DNA of 64,000 nucleotides, taken from NCBI GenBank assembly GCA_934635225.1, contig CAKTYZ010000003.1:3312-67311 (forward strand). Reading direction: 5' to 3'. Origin of the DNA: an uncultured Kiritimatiellota bacterium. Its GTDB lineage: Bacteria; Verrucomicrobiota; Kiritimatiellia; RFP12; UBA1067. Every line of letters starts with the position of its first letter. Positions within the stretch are counted from its first letter, which is position 1. The notes below the pieces were generated by a model, which saw only the letters and a list, made by a program, of their open reading frames with translations, was not told where the DNA came from and searched no databases. The position numbers and the translations under genes were made by a program. This document shows, piece after piece, positions 48,773 to 58,826 of the stretch.

Positions 48773-49593
48773 TTACTGGCCCGTCAGCAACCGGATGATT
48801 TTCCGGCGATGTACGAAATAGCGGGCCTTCGCCACATGGAGCGGCAGGTTCCGCCTGCGGGCGATCTCCGCGATGGACTCGTTCCGATGCGGCCCGTTGC
48901 GGCAGATGAGGAGGAACGTCGGCATCAGGTACCCCATGCCCGCCCGGCGGAAGCGCTGGCGGACGGCGCCGCAGATCCGCTCGTGGCGCGTCCGGGCGGC
49001 CGCCTCCTCGCCCTCGGCCTCGGACGGGTCGTAATCGATTGCCGTCACCAGCCGCGCCACGCCGGCGCCGCCGTCCGAGAGCGACCGGGACTTGTCGGAC
49101 ATCCGGTCGTCGAAGAGCAGGTCCAGCGAGAGGCAGCCGTTTGCGAACCGGTCGTTGCGGTAGCTCATCGCGCACCTCCCGTCGGATGGACCTGCCCGAA
49201 GAGCTGTGTCGTCAGCTTCCGCAGACGCGCATGGAAGGCGCGGGCGGGTTCGCGGATCTCGCCCTGCCGTGCGCACGCCAGCACCGAGTCGAGCTGGTCG
49301 AGGAACGTGTTGACCCCGAGCCGCAGGCAGTAGAAGCACCACGCGCGGCGGAATCGTCCGTCGCCTCGCGCCGTCTCCAGCGCGTAATTGACGGCCGCGT
49401 CCGTATCGCGCACGATGGTCGGGCCGTAGAAGTCCTCGCGTACACGCGCACGCTCATGCGATCCGGAAGTGCCTGTACAGGCATCCAGCATCCCATCCCC
49501 CATCAGATCGCGCCCGCGCACACGCGCGGGCGAGCCTGTCTTACTGTTCATGTGTTTTTCTCCGCGCCAGGGAAGGCGGAGGCATCGGAACAA
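48773..49593 (-). pseudogene. Sigma-70 (ECF-like) family sigma factor split across two overlapping ORFs: region 2 in 49165-49593 and region 4 in 48773-49168
   Basis: ORF1 ...AVNYALETARGDGRFRRAWCFYCLRLGVNTFLDQ is region-2-like. ORF2 ...NESIAEIARRRNLPLHVAKARYFVHRRKIIRLL is a region-4 HTH. The frames overlap as ATGA at 49165-49168. A TATAAT box lies at ~49650 upstream. Confidence 0.4.
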
Positions 49594-49749
49594 CCGCGTC
49601 CCGAACGTCAGTCCCCCGCTTCCGAGGCGTGGGGAGAATTATACGAGGACGCCGCCCCTTGACGAAACTTCATTCGGCGCACGTCAGAGTGCCGAACATC
49701 GGGTTCGAGGGGTTCGGAGCGGGATTCCGGCTCAAATCGCCAGGTCGTC

Positions 49750-50829
49750 TCAAAACGACGCGGGGTTCTTCGAGAGCGCACGAGCCGCGTTGACGTCGAT
49801 CAGTCCGTTCTCAAGCAGCGCGTAAAGGGACTGGTCAAGCGTGCACATGCCGTAAGGCCCGCCGACCTCCATCGCCGAATAGATCTGCTGGCTGCGGCCC
49901 GTGACGATGAAGTTCGAGACGGCCGGGTTGTTCACCAGCAGCTCAAAGGCCGGCACGCGCCCCTCGCCGTCCAATCGTCGCAAGAGATGCTGCGTGAAGA
50001 TGCCGCGCAGGACGAGCGCCAACTGCTGGCGCACGCTCGCCTGCTCGTCGGCGGGGAAGACGCCGACCAGCCGCTCGACGGCGCCGGCACAGTCGCCCGC
50101 GTGCAGGGTCGTCAGGACGAGATGGCCCGTCTCCGCCGCCTGAAGCGCCGTGCGAATCGTGTTCAGGTCACGAATCTCGCCCACGAGAATGACGTCCGGG
50201 TCCTGCCGAAGCGCGGCAACCAGCGCATTGTTGAAGTTCGGCGCGTCACGGCCGATCTGCCGCTGGTTGATGATGCATCGGTCGGAACGATGGACGAATT
50301 CGACGGGATCCTCGATCGTGACGATATGCGCATTTCGGCTGTGGTTGATGCGGTCAATCATCGTCGCAAGCGTCGTGGACTTCCCCGAGCCGGTCGGCCC
50401 CGTCACGATGAACAGCCCGTCCGGCAAGGCGCAGAACTCCTGCAGCCGCGACGGAAGCCCCAGTTCGTCAAACGCGCGGAATCTCGAATCAAGACGCCGC
50501 AGGGCGACAGCGTGCCGCCCGCTCTCGCGGAAGACGTTGAACCGATAGCGCACGCCGCTCGGCGAGGTCAACGCACCGTCCAGCGAGCCTTCGGCCAGCA
50601 GCGTCCGGCGAATCCGCTCCGTCCCGTCCGGGCATCCCGGCGGCAGCGTCAGGAGACCGAGTTCCATCGCCAGACGATCGACGGTCTCCTGGTCGAACGG
50701 ACGATAGCCGCCCTTCTCAACCAACGTCCCGCGCATTCGGAAGCGGGGCGCCATGTCCGCCAAGAGATGCACGTCACTCGCGCCATAGTCCTCGCATTGC
50801 GAGAAGAGATTCGCCAGCAAAGGGTCCAT
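49750..50829 (-). CDS. pilT: Type IV pilus retraction ATPase PilT
   Basis: Walker A GPTGSGKSTTLATMIDRIN, plus TIEDPVEF and DVILVGEIRD motifs. Confidence 0.85.
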   Translation of the reverse strand: MDPLLANLFSQCEDYGASDVHLLADMAPRFRMRGTLVEKGGYRPFDQETVDRLAMELGLLTLPPGCPDGTERIRRTLLAEGSLDGALTSPSGVRYRFNVFRESGRHAVALRRLDSRFRAFDELGLPSRLQEFCALPDGLFIVTGPTGSGKSTTLATMIDRINHSRNAHIVTIEDPVEFVHRSDRCIINQRQIGRDAPNFNNALVAALRQDPDVILVGEIRDLNTIRTALQAAETGHLVLTTLHAGDCAGAVERLVGVFPADEQASVRQQLALVLRGIFTQHLLRRLDGEGRVPAFELLVNNPAVSNFIVTGRSQQIYSAMEVGGPYGMCTLDQSLYALLENGLIDVNAARALSKNPASF

Positions 50830-50841
50830 ATCCGTTCCTCC

Positions 50842-51363
50842 TCAGTCAGGTTTTCCGAAGCCGTCTGCAAAACGCTGCGCCTCCGACATCTTCTGTCGGC
50901 GAGCGTCCCCGAAGTCCGTCACGCGCTTGACCGCCCGGCCGACGGCATTCGTCGCGGTCGCGGGGCCGCCGCCCCACGACAGGCGGCGGAGAAGATTTGT
51001 CCCGACGAGCCCCGAAAGGCGCGAGCGCGCCTGACGCCCCCAGTCGGACAAGGCGTTGACCTGGCGTGCGCAGACGGCGAGTTCGGGAATCTCGTCCGTC
51101 ACAGGCCGCTTGTAGAAGCAGCCATAGACAAACGAGCCGACGACCGTCACGCCCACGCCCGCCAGCAACAGGACCGCCAGCAACACGAGCAGACGCAGGA
51201 CATCGCTCCCCCGTCCCGTCCGACGCGGCGGCTTCCACCTTTTCGCCCGGACGGCCGGCTCAAGGTCCGACACGTCCTCGTCCACCACTGGATGCGCGAC
51301 TTTCACGGGCGTGTAGCCAGCAAAGGGGTCCATCGGGTCCAAGCTGTCAGAAGGCCCTTTCAT
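50842..51363 (-). CDS. Hypothetical membrane protein (one transmembrane segment, Pro/Arg-rich)
   Basis: LRLLVLLAVLLLAGVGVTVVGSFVYG is a transmembrane segment. The start overlaps the upstream stop as ATGA. Confidence 0.4.
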   Translation of the reverse strand: MKGPSDSLDPMDPFAGYTPVKVAHPVVDEDVSDLEPAVRAKRWKPPRRTGRGSDVLRLLVLLAVLLLAGVGVTVVGSFVYGCFYKRPVTDEIPELAVCARQVNALSDWGRQARSRLSGLVGTNLLRRLSWGGGPATATNAVGRAVKRVTDFGDARRQKMSEAQRFADGFGKPD

Positions 51364-52121
51364 CGTCCGTCCGGCAAGCGCATCGCCGCGAGGTCGCAGA
51401 CGCGGTCAACCGACGGATCGGCCGAGAGCTGATGGAGGAAGTCGCGGCGAAACGCCAGATGCCCGCGTTCGGCGCACAGCCGCCGCGCCGTCGCGAAGTG
51501 AAGCCCCGAAATCATCCAGCCGACCTGAATGAGCACAAAGTCGGAGAGCGACTGGACGTTCTGATAGTCAACGGCCTCGCCGCGCGCGATGCAGTTGACG
51601 ACGACGGGATTCGGCGGCGCGGCGACCGCAAGGTTCCAGAACGCGCGCGCGTCCGTCCGCCAGTCCGCATGTTCAAGCTGGTCTTCCAAAACGCGGAAGA
51701 TGTCGAGCTTGTCCGCATCCCGCACCGTCTGCGCGGCAACCGCCGTCAGCGGTTCCATCCGTGCGGGGAGGTCGCGGCGATTGTGCCACAGCACCGCGTC
51801 CAGCACGGCCGGGTCGTCCGTCCAGCCCTTCTCCCTGACGATGTCGTGCGAAAAGACGGCGTGATCGACGGAATCCGAATCGCGAAACGTATTGTATCGG
51901 CGAAGCTGCTCGTATCGCCCCGTGTCATGCAGAAGCGCGGCGGCCAACGAGACTTCGCGTTCGCGCGGCGAGAAGCCCTCGCCCTCGGCGATCAGCTCCG
52001 CATTCTTCACGACGAACGCCGTATGCGCGCGCTTGAGCTGCATCATCGTCGGCAGCCGACCGTCCGCCGCGCGGAACGTGTCAACGTACGCATCGTAAAG
52101 GCGCGTCAGCTCAGGCAGCAT
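51360..52121 (-). CDS. HD-domain phosphohydrolase
   Basis: ...[13 protein letters not shown]...[12 protein letters not shown] contains HD motifs. The start is uncertain; the long N-terminal Arg-rich extension in the ORF track was rejected. Confidence 0.5.
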   Translation of the reverse strand: MLPELTRLYDAYVDTFRAADGRLPTMMQLKRAHTAFVVKNAELIAEGEGFSPREREVSLAAALLHDTGRYEQLRRYNTFRDSDSVDHAVFSHDIVREKGWTDDPAVLDAVLWHNRRDLPARMEPLTAVAAQTVRDADKLDIFRVLEDQLEHADWRTDARAFWNLAVAAPPNPVVVNCIARGEAVDYQNVQSLSDFVLIQVGWMISGLHFATARRLCAERGHLAFRRDFLHQLSADPSVDRVCDLAAMRLPDGR

Positions 52122-52608
52122 GAATCTTCTCGTTCGCCGCCGCGACCTTGGCCTTGAGCTCTTCCTTGTGCGCGTGGAACTTCGCGCGCAGCGCCGCGTC
52201 AGCCGTGCCGAGGATCTGGACCGCCAGCAGCGCCGCGTTCGTCGGGCCCGCACTCCCGCACGCGACCGTCGCGACAGGGACGCCCGACGGCATCTGCACC
52301 GTCGCGTAAAGCGCGTCCAGCCCATTCAGCGCGCCGCCCGCCACGGGAATGCCGATGACCGGCAGCACCGTCGCAGCCGCCAGGACGCCGCCCAGATGCG
52401 CCGCGCCGCCCGCCGCCGCGATGATGACCTTCAGCCCGCGAGCCTCCGCCGTCTTCGAGTACTCGATCGCGACTTCCGGCGTACGATGCGCACTGATGAC
52501 GCGCGTCTCATAGGCGACGCCGAACTTCTCCAGCGTCACGCACGCCTTCTGGACGAGGGGCCAGTCCGAATCGGAGCCCATGACAATGCCAACGACAGGA
52601 TTTTCCAT
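52111..52608 (-). CDS. purE: N5-carboxyaminoimidazole ribonucleotide mutase
   Basis: [22 protein letters not shown]...[27 protein letters not shown], with an AAGGAG RBS. Confidence 0.92.
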   Translation of the reverse strand: MENPVVGIVMGSDSDWPLVQKACVTLEKFGVAYETRVISAHRTPEVAIEYSKTAEARGLKVIIAAAGGAAHLGGVLAAATVLPVIGIPVAGGALNGLDALYATVQMPSGVPVATVACGSAGPTNAALLAVQILGTADAALRAKFHAHKEELKAKVAAANEKIHAA

Positions 52609-52628
52609 CCTCCACTCCTTTCTCATGC

Positions 52629-52668
52629 AAAAACCATCCCGACGGGCAGGAAATCGCCATCGGGATGG
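52629..52668 (-). terminator. Rho-independent terminator downstream of pgk: 9-bp stem CCATCCCGA/TCGGGATGG followed by a T5 run
   Basis: The hairpin and the TTTTT run on the minus strand were read directly. It abuts the purE RBS. Confidence 0.5.
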
Positions 52669-52682
52669 TCTTGCGGGCCTTG

Positions 52683-53996
52683 TTACTTCGAGGTGAGCGC
52701 CGCGACGCCCGGAAGGACCTTGCCTTCAAGGAACTCAAGCGACGCGCCGCCGCCCGTCGAGACGTGGCTCATCTCGGCCGCCTTGCCGCTCTTCTTGACC
52801 GCGGAGACCGAGTCGCCGCCGCCGATGATCGAGACGCCGCCGTTGGCCATGACCGTCGCAACCGCCTCGCAGACGCCATACGTGCCCTTGGAGAGCGGCG
52901 CGAACTCGAAGCAGCCCATCGGGCCGTTCCAGACGACCGTCTTCGCGCCCTTGACCGCCTCGGAGAACAGCGCGACCGACTTCGGACCGATGTCAAGGCC
53001 CATCCAGCCGTCCGGGATGTCGCCTTCGACCGTCTTCATCTCGATGTCGGAAGCGTCCTTCGTCTCCGGGAACTTGTTCGCGATGACGCTGTCAATCGGA
53101 AGGAGAATCTTGATGCCCTTCGTCGTCGCCGCTTCCAGCATCTCCTTGCAGTAGGAGACCTGCTCGTCTTCGCAAAGCGAATTGCCGATCTTGAGGCCCT
53201 GGGCCTTCTTGAAGGTGTAGGCCATGCCGCCGCCGATGATGAGCGTGTCAACCTTGTTGAGAAGCGCCTTCACGACCGCAAGCTTGTCCGAGACCTTCGC
53301 GCCGCCGAGGATGGCGACGAACGGACGGACCGGGTTCTCGACCGCATCGCCGAGGAACTGGATCTCCTTCTCAAGGAGAAAGCCCGAGACCGCCGGCTGG
53401 ATGTAGTCCGCAATGACCGCCGTCGAGGCGTGGGCGCGGTGCGCCGTGCCGAACGCGTCGTTGCAGTAGAGGTCGCCGTAGGACGCGAGCTTCTTCGCCA
53501 TTTCGGCGCGCTCCGCCTTCAGCTCGGCCTTCTTCGCCGCAAACTCCTCATCCGTCAGGTGGATGCCCTTCTTCTCGTCGTCCTTCTTCACCTTGCCGTC
53601 TTCGGCCTTGTAGAAGCGGGTGTTTTCGAGGAGGGCGACTTCGCCCGGCTTGAGGGCCTTGACGACGTCATCCGCCGCCATGCAGTCGGGGACGAACTTG
53701 ACCGCGAGACCAAGCTTCTCGGAAAGGGCCTCGGCGACGGGCTTCAGCGTGAACGCCGCGTTGTCGGGGTTCGCCGGCTTGCCGAGCTTGACGCCTTTCG
53801 GGCGCCCGAGGTGCGACATGAGAACGAGGCTGCCGCCCTGTTCGAGGACATACTTGATGGACGGAAGCGCCGCAACGATGCGGGTATCGTCCGTAATCTT
53901 GCCGCTGCCGTCCTTGGCCATCGGCACGTTGAAATCGACGCGCATGACGACGCGCTTACCCTTAAGCTCGACGTCGCGGAGAGTCATCTTGTCCAT
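52683..53996 (-). CDS. pgk: Phosphoglycerate kinase
   Basis: [25 protein letters not shown]...; 437 aa; AGGAA RBS. Confidence 0.93.
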   Translation of the reverse strand: MDKMTLRDVELKGKRVVMRVDFNVPMAKDGSGKITDDTRIVAALPSIKYVLEQGGSLVLMSHLGRPKGVKLGKPANPDNAAFTLKPVAEALSEKLGLAVKFVPDCMAADDVVKALKPGEVALLENTRFYKAEDGKVKKDDEKKGIHLTDEEFAAKKAELKAERAEMAKKLASYGDLYCNDAFGTAHRAHASTAVIADYIQPAVSGFLLEKEIQFLGDAVENPVRPFVAILGGAKVSDKLAVVKALLNKVDTLIIGGGMAYTFKKAQGLKIGNSLCEDEQVSYCKEMLEAATTKGIKILLPIDSVIANKFPETKDASDIEMKTVEGDIPDGWMGLDIGPKSVALFSEAVKGAKTVVWNGPMGCFEFAPLSKGTYGVCEAVATVMANGGVSIIGGGDSVSAVKKSGKAAEMSHVSTGGGASLEFLEGKVLPGVAALTSK

Positions 53997-54048
53997 TCTG
54001 TTGTTCCTTTCTGGTTCTTGTTTCCTATTGGTTCTTTTTGAAGCGAAA

Positions 54049-54081
54049 CGGGCACCCGAATGCCTTACATTCTGATGCCCG
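54049..54081 (-). terminator. Candidate terminator hairpin downstream of rpsT (nested stems CGGGCA/TGCCCG and GAATG/CATTC) with a weak T-rich tail
   Basis: Read directly from the sequence; it lies 37 nt after the rpsT stop. Confidence 0.35.
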
Positions 54082-54117
54082 AGACTATCACATTCCCGTA
54101 TTTCCCGAAGAGTAGTC

Positions 54118-54393
54118 TTACTTGGCGATCTTGTTGACCTTGAGCTGGGCGCGCGATTTCTTGCGGTCAGCCGTGTTTCTCGTGATGACACCCCGCTTCA
54201 CGGCCTTGTCGAGACCGGAGACGAACTCCTGGAACTTCTTTTCAGCCTCTTCTTTCGAGCCGGCGTCAGCCAGCTTGAAGAGCTTCTTGTGCGCATCATG
54301 AAGCTTCGCCTTGCACACCGAATTGCGCTTGCGAGCCTTCTCGTTCTGACGATCACGTTTCCTGGCGGCGCGGCCGCCCTTGAGGTTTGCCAT
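54118..54393 (-). CDS. rpsT: 30S ribosomal protein S20
   Basis: MANLKGGRAARKRDRQNEKARKRNSVCKAKL...; start at the internal Met. Confidence 0.9.
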   Translation of the reverse strand: MANLKGGRAARKRDRQNEKARKRNSVCKAKLHDAHKKLFKLADAGSKEEAEKKFQEFVSGLDKAVKRGVITRNTADRKKSRAQLKVNKIAK

Positions 54394-54427
54394 TTTCTTT
54401 GTCCTTTTAGAGGGAATGTTCGCGCGT

Positions 54428-54457
54428 ATTATACACTTTTCGCCCATCCGAAATCAA
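54428..54457 (-). promoter_or_regulatory. Sigma-70 promoter for rpsT: TTGATT-18-TATAAT
   Basis: On the minus strand, TATAAT is at ~54428-54433 and TTGATT at ~54452-54457. Confidence 0.5.
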
Positions 54458-54502
54458 GGGGGCTTCGCGCAACGGCGGCCAAGGGCCGTCGAAGCCGTCA
54501 CG

Positions 54503-55924
54503 TCAGGACGGTTTGGAACACGCCGCGCTCAGGCCGCAGACCAGACAGGCCAACAAGATGACCGCCAGAAACCACTTCAGCGCACTGCGGAAGACCTCGC
54601 CCGCCCGCCCCGGAATCAGCGCCGCCGCCGTGCCGATGGCAATCGACTGCGGGCAGATCATCTTTCCGATGCCCGCGCCCATCACGTTGGCCGCCGCGAG
54701 CAGGTTCGCCGACACGCCGAGCTGCGTCGCCGCGCGGACCTGCAACGCGCCGAAGAGGACGTTCGCGTTCGTGCCCGAGCCCGTGACGAACCCGCCCAGC
54801 GCGCCGACGACCGGCGCGAAAAACGGATAGGCCGCGCCCGTCATCGACACCAGCGCGTCCGCCAGCGTCGCGATCATTCCCGAGGCCGTCATGACCCGCG
54901 CAAGGACGAGGACGCAGCAAATCGTCGCGAAAGCCGTCCAATAGGAGACGAACGTCTTGCCGAGCACCCGAAGCGAACGGCGGAAAGACAGCCTTTGCAC
55001 GGCACCGCCAAGAAAGCCCGCCAGCAGGACCAGCACGCCCGGCGAAGCGACGCGCTGCCAGCCCGACGGCAAGAGGACCGACGCGCTCAGCAACAGCACG
55101 ACAAAGCCAAATGGCGCCCACGCAAGGGCCTGCGCACGGAAGTCGCCGCCCGCGAGACGCCCCTTGGTCACGGCCAGCGACACGCCCGCGAGGACGGAAA
55201 GCCCGCCCAGGATGTCCGGCAGCCCGGGGCCGAGGCAACGCGCCGCCAACAGCCACGGCACGAGGAACGCCGCGTCGGCGACGAGCGCAAGGCCCATCAT
55301 TCCCCGAAGCGCCGCGCGTCCGCCGCAGACCAGCAGGACGAGGAACGGGCCAAGCGCCGTGATCGCGAGCTGGAGAGCCGCCGTCGCCCACGTCAGCACC
55401 GCCGCGTCACAGCCGCAGACTTTCGCAAGAATCGCGACGGGAACGCCGACCGAGCCGAATGCCGTGGGCGTCGTGTTGACGACCAGGCAGACGAGGACCG
55501 CCTTCAGCGGATCGAACCCGACGCCCACGAGAATCGCCGCCGGAATCGCCACCGCCGTGCCAAATCCCGCCATGCCTTCCATGAAGTTCCCGAAGCCCCA
55601 GACGATCAGGAGCGCGAGGACGCGCGCATCCGACGAGACACGGGAGAGTCCCGACCGGATCGTCACCATCGCGCCCGACTCGACCGTGAGCGAATAGACG
55701 AAGAGCGCCGCAAGGACGACCAGGCAAATCGGATAAAGCGCGAAGCCGACGCCGTCCAGCACGACCGCGCCCGTCGCCGCCCACGTCAAGTTCGCGCCGA
55801 AGAAGCCGCGCGCGACCGCCACGGCCAGCAAGGCCGCGCCGAAAGCCGCCTTGTGCGCCTTCACCTTGAAGACCGCCAGGGCAACCGCGAGAAAGACAAT
55901 CGGGAGTACGGACAGGACCAGCAT
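54503..55924 (-). CDS. lctP: L-lactate permease (LctP family)
   Basis: ...ALFVYSLTVESGAMVTIRSG...MEGMAGFGTAVAIPAAILVGVGFDPLKA...NTTPTAFGSVGVP aligns with E. coli LldP. Confidence 0.8.
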   Translation of the reverse strand: MLVLSVLPIVFLAVALAVFKVKAHKAAFGAALLAVAVARGFFGANLTWAATGAVVLDGVGFALYPICLVVLAALFVYSLTVESGAMVTIRSGLSRVSSDARVLALLIVWGFGNFMEGMAGFGTAVAIPAAILVGVGFDPLKAVLVCLVVNTTPTAFGSVGVPVAILAKVCGCDAAVLTWATAALQLAITALGPFLVLLVCGGRAALRGMMGLALVADAAFLVPWLLAARCLGPGLPDILGGLSVLAGVSLAVTKGRLAGGDFRAQALAWAPFGFVVLLLSASVLLPSGWQRVASPGVLVLLAGFLGGAVQRLSFRRSLRVLGKTFVSYWTAFATICCVLVLARVMTASGMIATLADALVSMTGAAYPFFAPVVGALGGFVTGSGTNANVLFGALQVRAATQLGVSANLLAAANVMGAGIGKMICPQSIAIGTAAALIPGRAGEVFRSALKWFLAVILLACLVCGLSAACSKPS

Positions 55925-55947
55925 CTGCGGCTTGACGGCGAGACCGC

Positions 55948-57705
55948 TTACAGGGCGTTCTCGATCTTCCGGATCAGCGTCGCCCTGAGCGTCTCGAACT
56001 CCGGCGCGTCCATCGTCTTGTCGTTCCAGTCGATGAAAGTCTGCTGAAGGTCCATGAAGAACTTGCGCGCCGCCGTCTTCTCCGTGAAGGAATACGTCGC
56101 GGAAAGCGCCCGCTCGACGATGTCGAACATGACTTTCTGGCGCGCGACCGGCGTCGTCGCGTCCGCTTCGCTGAAGGCGTTCTGCTGCAGGTAGACGGCA
56201 TCGAGGAACTCGGCCTTCAGGTAGGTCGTGAAATCGTCAAGGGACGTCCCCTCTTCGCCGACGACCTTCATCATCTGCCCGACTTCGTTGCCCTTGCGCA
56301 GAATCGCACGCGCCCGCTCGACGCGGTCCTGCTCAATGACCGAGTTGTAGTGGCTCCACGAGTCAAGCGGATCGATCGCCGGATAGCGCCGCGCGTCCGA
56401 CCGTGCCCGCGACAGGCCGTGGAAGCCGCCGACGACCTTCAGCGTCGCCTGCGTCACGGGCTCGTCGAAGTTGCCGCCCGCCGGCGAGACCGTGCCGCCG
56501 ATCGTGACCGACCCCGTCTCGCCGTTGCGAAGCCTCACGCGGCCCGCGCGCTCGTAGAAGGCCGCGATGCGCGACTCCAGATACGCGGGGAACGCCTCTT
56601 CGCCCGGGATTTCCTCCAAACGGCCCGAGAGTTCGCGCATCGCCTGCGCCCAGCGCGAAGTCGAGTCCGCGAGGACCAGCACGTTGAGCCCCATCTGGCG
56701 GAAGTATTCCGCAATCGTGACCGCCGTGTAGACAGACGCTTCGCGCGACGCCACCGGCATCGACGAGGTATTGCAGATGATGACCGTGCGCTTCATGAGC
56801 GACTGCCCCGTCTTCGGGTCCACGATCTCGGGGAACTCCTTCAGCGTCTCGACGACCTCGCCCGCGCGCTCGCCGCATGCGGCGGAGATGACGACGTCAA
56901 CCTTCGCGTAGCGCGCCGTCGTCTGCTGGAGAACCGTCTTGCCCGCGCCAAACGGGCCCGGAATGCAGTAGGTTCCGCCAATGGCGACGGGGAAGAACGT
57001 GTCAATCGTGCGCACGGTCGTCTCCAGCGTCTCCTCCGGAGCAAGACGCTCGGCAAAGCACCTGATCGGAACCTTCACCGGCCAGCGCTGGAGCATCTGG
57101 ACGGGAATCTCCTTGCCAGACTCGTCCGCCAGCGTCGCAATCGTCTCCGTCACCGTGTAGTCGCCCTCGGCCGCAACGGACTTGACGACGTAGGCTCCCC
57201 GGAAGGCGAACGGAACCATGATCTTGTGGCCCGGCATCGTCTTGTTGTCGAAGATGCCTTCCGTCACCCAGCCCAGAAAATCGCCCGCGCGCACGCGGTC
57301 GCCGACTTTCGCCAGCGGATGGAAGTCCCACTTCCTGTCACGCGGCAGACCCGGCAGGTAAAGCCCGCGCTGCAGGAAGAACGCCGCACTTTCGGAGATC
57401 TTCCCGGCCTCCTTCGCGAGTTCCGCCAACGGGTTCTGAAGCCCGTCATACACCTGCGCGAGCAGACCCGGGCCAAGTTCCGCCGCCAGAAGCTCTCCCG
57501 TGAACTCGACGTCCGTCCCCACGGCAAGGTCCGTCGTGGACTCGAACACCTGAAGGTCGCACTTCTCGCCGCGCACGCGCACGATCTCAGCCATCAGGCG
57601 CTTGTCGCCCAGCTTCGCGTAGCCGACCTCGTTCTGCGCCACCGCGCCGTCGAAACGGACGGTGATCATGTTGCCGTTGACACCTGTGATTTTGCCTGTC
57701 GTCAT
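55948..57705 (-). CDS. atpA: V-type (A-type) ATP synthase catalytic subunit A
   Basis: MTTGKITGVNGNMITVRF...; Walker A GPFGAGKTVLQQ; 585 aa. Confidence 0.9.
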   Translation of the reverse strand: MTTGKITGVNGNMITVRFDGAVAQNEVGYAKLGDKRLMAEIVRVRGEKCDLQVFESTTDLAVGTDVEFTGELLAAELGPGLLAQVYDGLQNPLAELAKEAGKISESAAFFLQRGLYLPGLPRDRKWDFHPLAKVGDRVRAGDFLGWVTEGIFDNKTMPGHKIMVPFAFRGAYVVKSVAAEGDYTVTETIATLADESGKEIPVQMLQRWPVKVPIRCFAERLAPEETLETTVRTIDTFFPVAIGGTYCIPGPFGAGKTVLQQTTARYAKVDVVISAACGERAGEVVETLKEFPEIVDPKTGQSLMKRTVIICNTSSMPVASREASVYTAVTIAEYFRQMGLNVLVLADSTSRWAQAMRELSGRLEEIPGEEAFPAYLESRIAAFYERAGRVRLRNGETGSVTIGGTVSPAGGNFDEPVTQATLKVVGGFHGLSRARSDARRYPAIDPLDSWSHYNSVIEQDRVERARAILRKGNEVGQMMKVVGEEGTSLDDFTTYLKAEFLDAVYLQQNAFSEADATTPVARQKVMFDIVERALSATYSFTEKTAARKFFMDLQQTFIDWNDKTMDAPEFETLRATLIRKIENAL

Positions 57706-57734
57706 GGAAAGTTGAAGATTTGGAGGTTTTAGAT

Positions 57735-58181
57735 TTAAAGTTGAATGCGCGTCTCGGCGGTGAGCCTGTCAAAGACGGCGTTTCCGACCTCAGCCGAAAT
57801 CCGCGCCCGTTTGAGCGCGATCTTGAGGCGAATCGCGTAAGTCGCAAGGGCCCCCGCGCCAAGCGGGTTCGCCGGCGGCGTCAACTCTCCCGCCGCGTCC
57901 CACCAGACGCGGTCCAGCATCTCGTCTCGCCTGAGAACGTCCGCCTCCTGAAAGCACGCGCGCACGCGGTTCCGCCAGTAGAGCGAACAGCCCTCCGCCG
58001 CGCGGCAGAACCGTTCGCCGCCACGGGCTTCCGCCATCGCGTTGCGGAGCTGGACCTCCAGATCCGTCCACGCCGGGGGAATCTTGACCTCGGCCTGCGC
58101 GGCAAACTCCTCCCACGTGATCGCGGGTGGCTCGCCGAAACGCAAAGCCGGAAGGCTGGCGACGATATAGTCGGTGCTCAT
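57735..58181 (-). CDS. DUF2764 V-ATPase-associated protein (the Chlamydia-type protein found between subunits E and A)
   Basis: The N-terminus YIVASLPALRFGEPPAITWEEF matches the DUF2764 pattern (YYL.SLP.L.F...PPIT.EEF). It overlaps the atpE stop as ATGA. Confidence 0.6.
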   Translation of the reverse strand: MSTDYIVASLPALRFGEPPAITWEEFAAQAEVKIPPAWTDLEVQLRNAMAEARGGERFCRAAEGCSLYWRNRVRACFQEADVLRRDEMLDRVWWDAAGELTPPANPLGAGALATYAIRLKIALKRARISAEVGNAVFDRLTAETRIQL

Positions 58182-58744
58182 TTGAGGAGAGCCGCCAGAT
58201 CGGGACGAAGCCGCTTGGCGAGTTCCGCCGCAATGACCTCTCCCGTGTAAGCGTGTTCGACGCGCCCGGCGTCAAGCCGAACGGAGAACCCCGTGCCCAG
58301 CGTCTCGTCCGTCACAAGGGTGAAGTCGCCCAGCGCAGAAGCCTGGGCCTTCAGGGCGGACGCCAGTTTCGCGCCCGCGACAATCTCGCCGGGGCCGGTC
58401 AGGTCCTGAATGGCGGTCGAGACGAGCGCCATGACCGTCTTTTCGTCGGACAGCGCCGCATCGACGTCCTTTGCCAGCAGGTTCTCCAGCAAAGCCGTGA
58501 CGGACTCGCGCACGCCCAGGACGACGTCACGCGCGGCCTGCTTCACCGTCTCGGCCGCACGCGCCTGGTAGTCGGTCGCCGCCTTCTCGGCCGCCGCCTT
58601 CGCCCGTGCGGCGGCGGTCTCGGCCTCCTTCACGATTTCCGACGCTTTCGCGCGGGCCTCGGCGACGATGCGCGCGGACTCGGCGTTCGCCTTCTCAACG
58701 CCTTCGCGGTTGATTTTCTCCAACAGTCCCTGTAGATCTTCCAT
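58178..58744 (-). CDS. atpE: V-type ATP synthase subunit E
   Basis: Coiled-coil N-terminus MEDLQGLLEKINREGVEKANAESARIVAEARAKASEIVKEAE...; AGGAG RBS. Confidence 0.8.
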   Translation of the reverse strand: MEDLQGLLEKINREGVEKANAESARIVAEARAKASEIVKEAETAAARAKAAAEKAATDYQARAAETVKQAARDVVLGVRESVTALLENLLAKDVDAALSDEKTVMALVSTAIQDLTGPGEIVAGAKLASALKAQASALGDFTLVTDETLGTGFSVRLDAGRVEHAYTGEVIAAELAKRLRPDLAALLK

Positions 58745-58774
58745 GTCTCAACACTCCTGTGCTTATAGGGAATA

Positions 58775-58804
58775 ATTATAACCTTTCTGACGTCTCACAG
58801 TCAA
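58775..58804 (-). promoter_or_regulatory. Sigma-70 promoter for the atpE operon: TTGACT-18-TATAAT
   Basis: On the minus strand: cTTGACTgtgagacgtcagaaaggtTATAATtattccc...AGGAGtgttgagacATG. Confidence 0.55.
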
Positions 58805-58826
58805 GCCGCCACGGGCGGCCTGCCTG

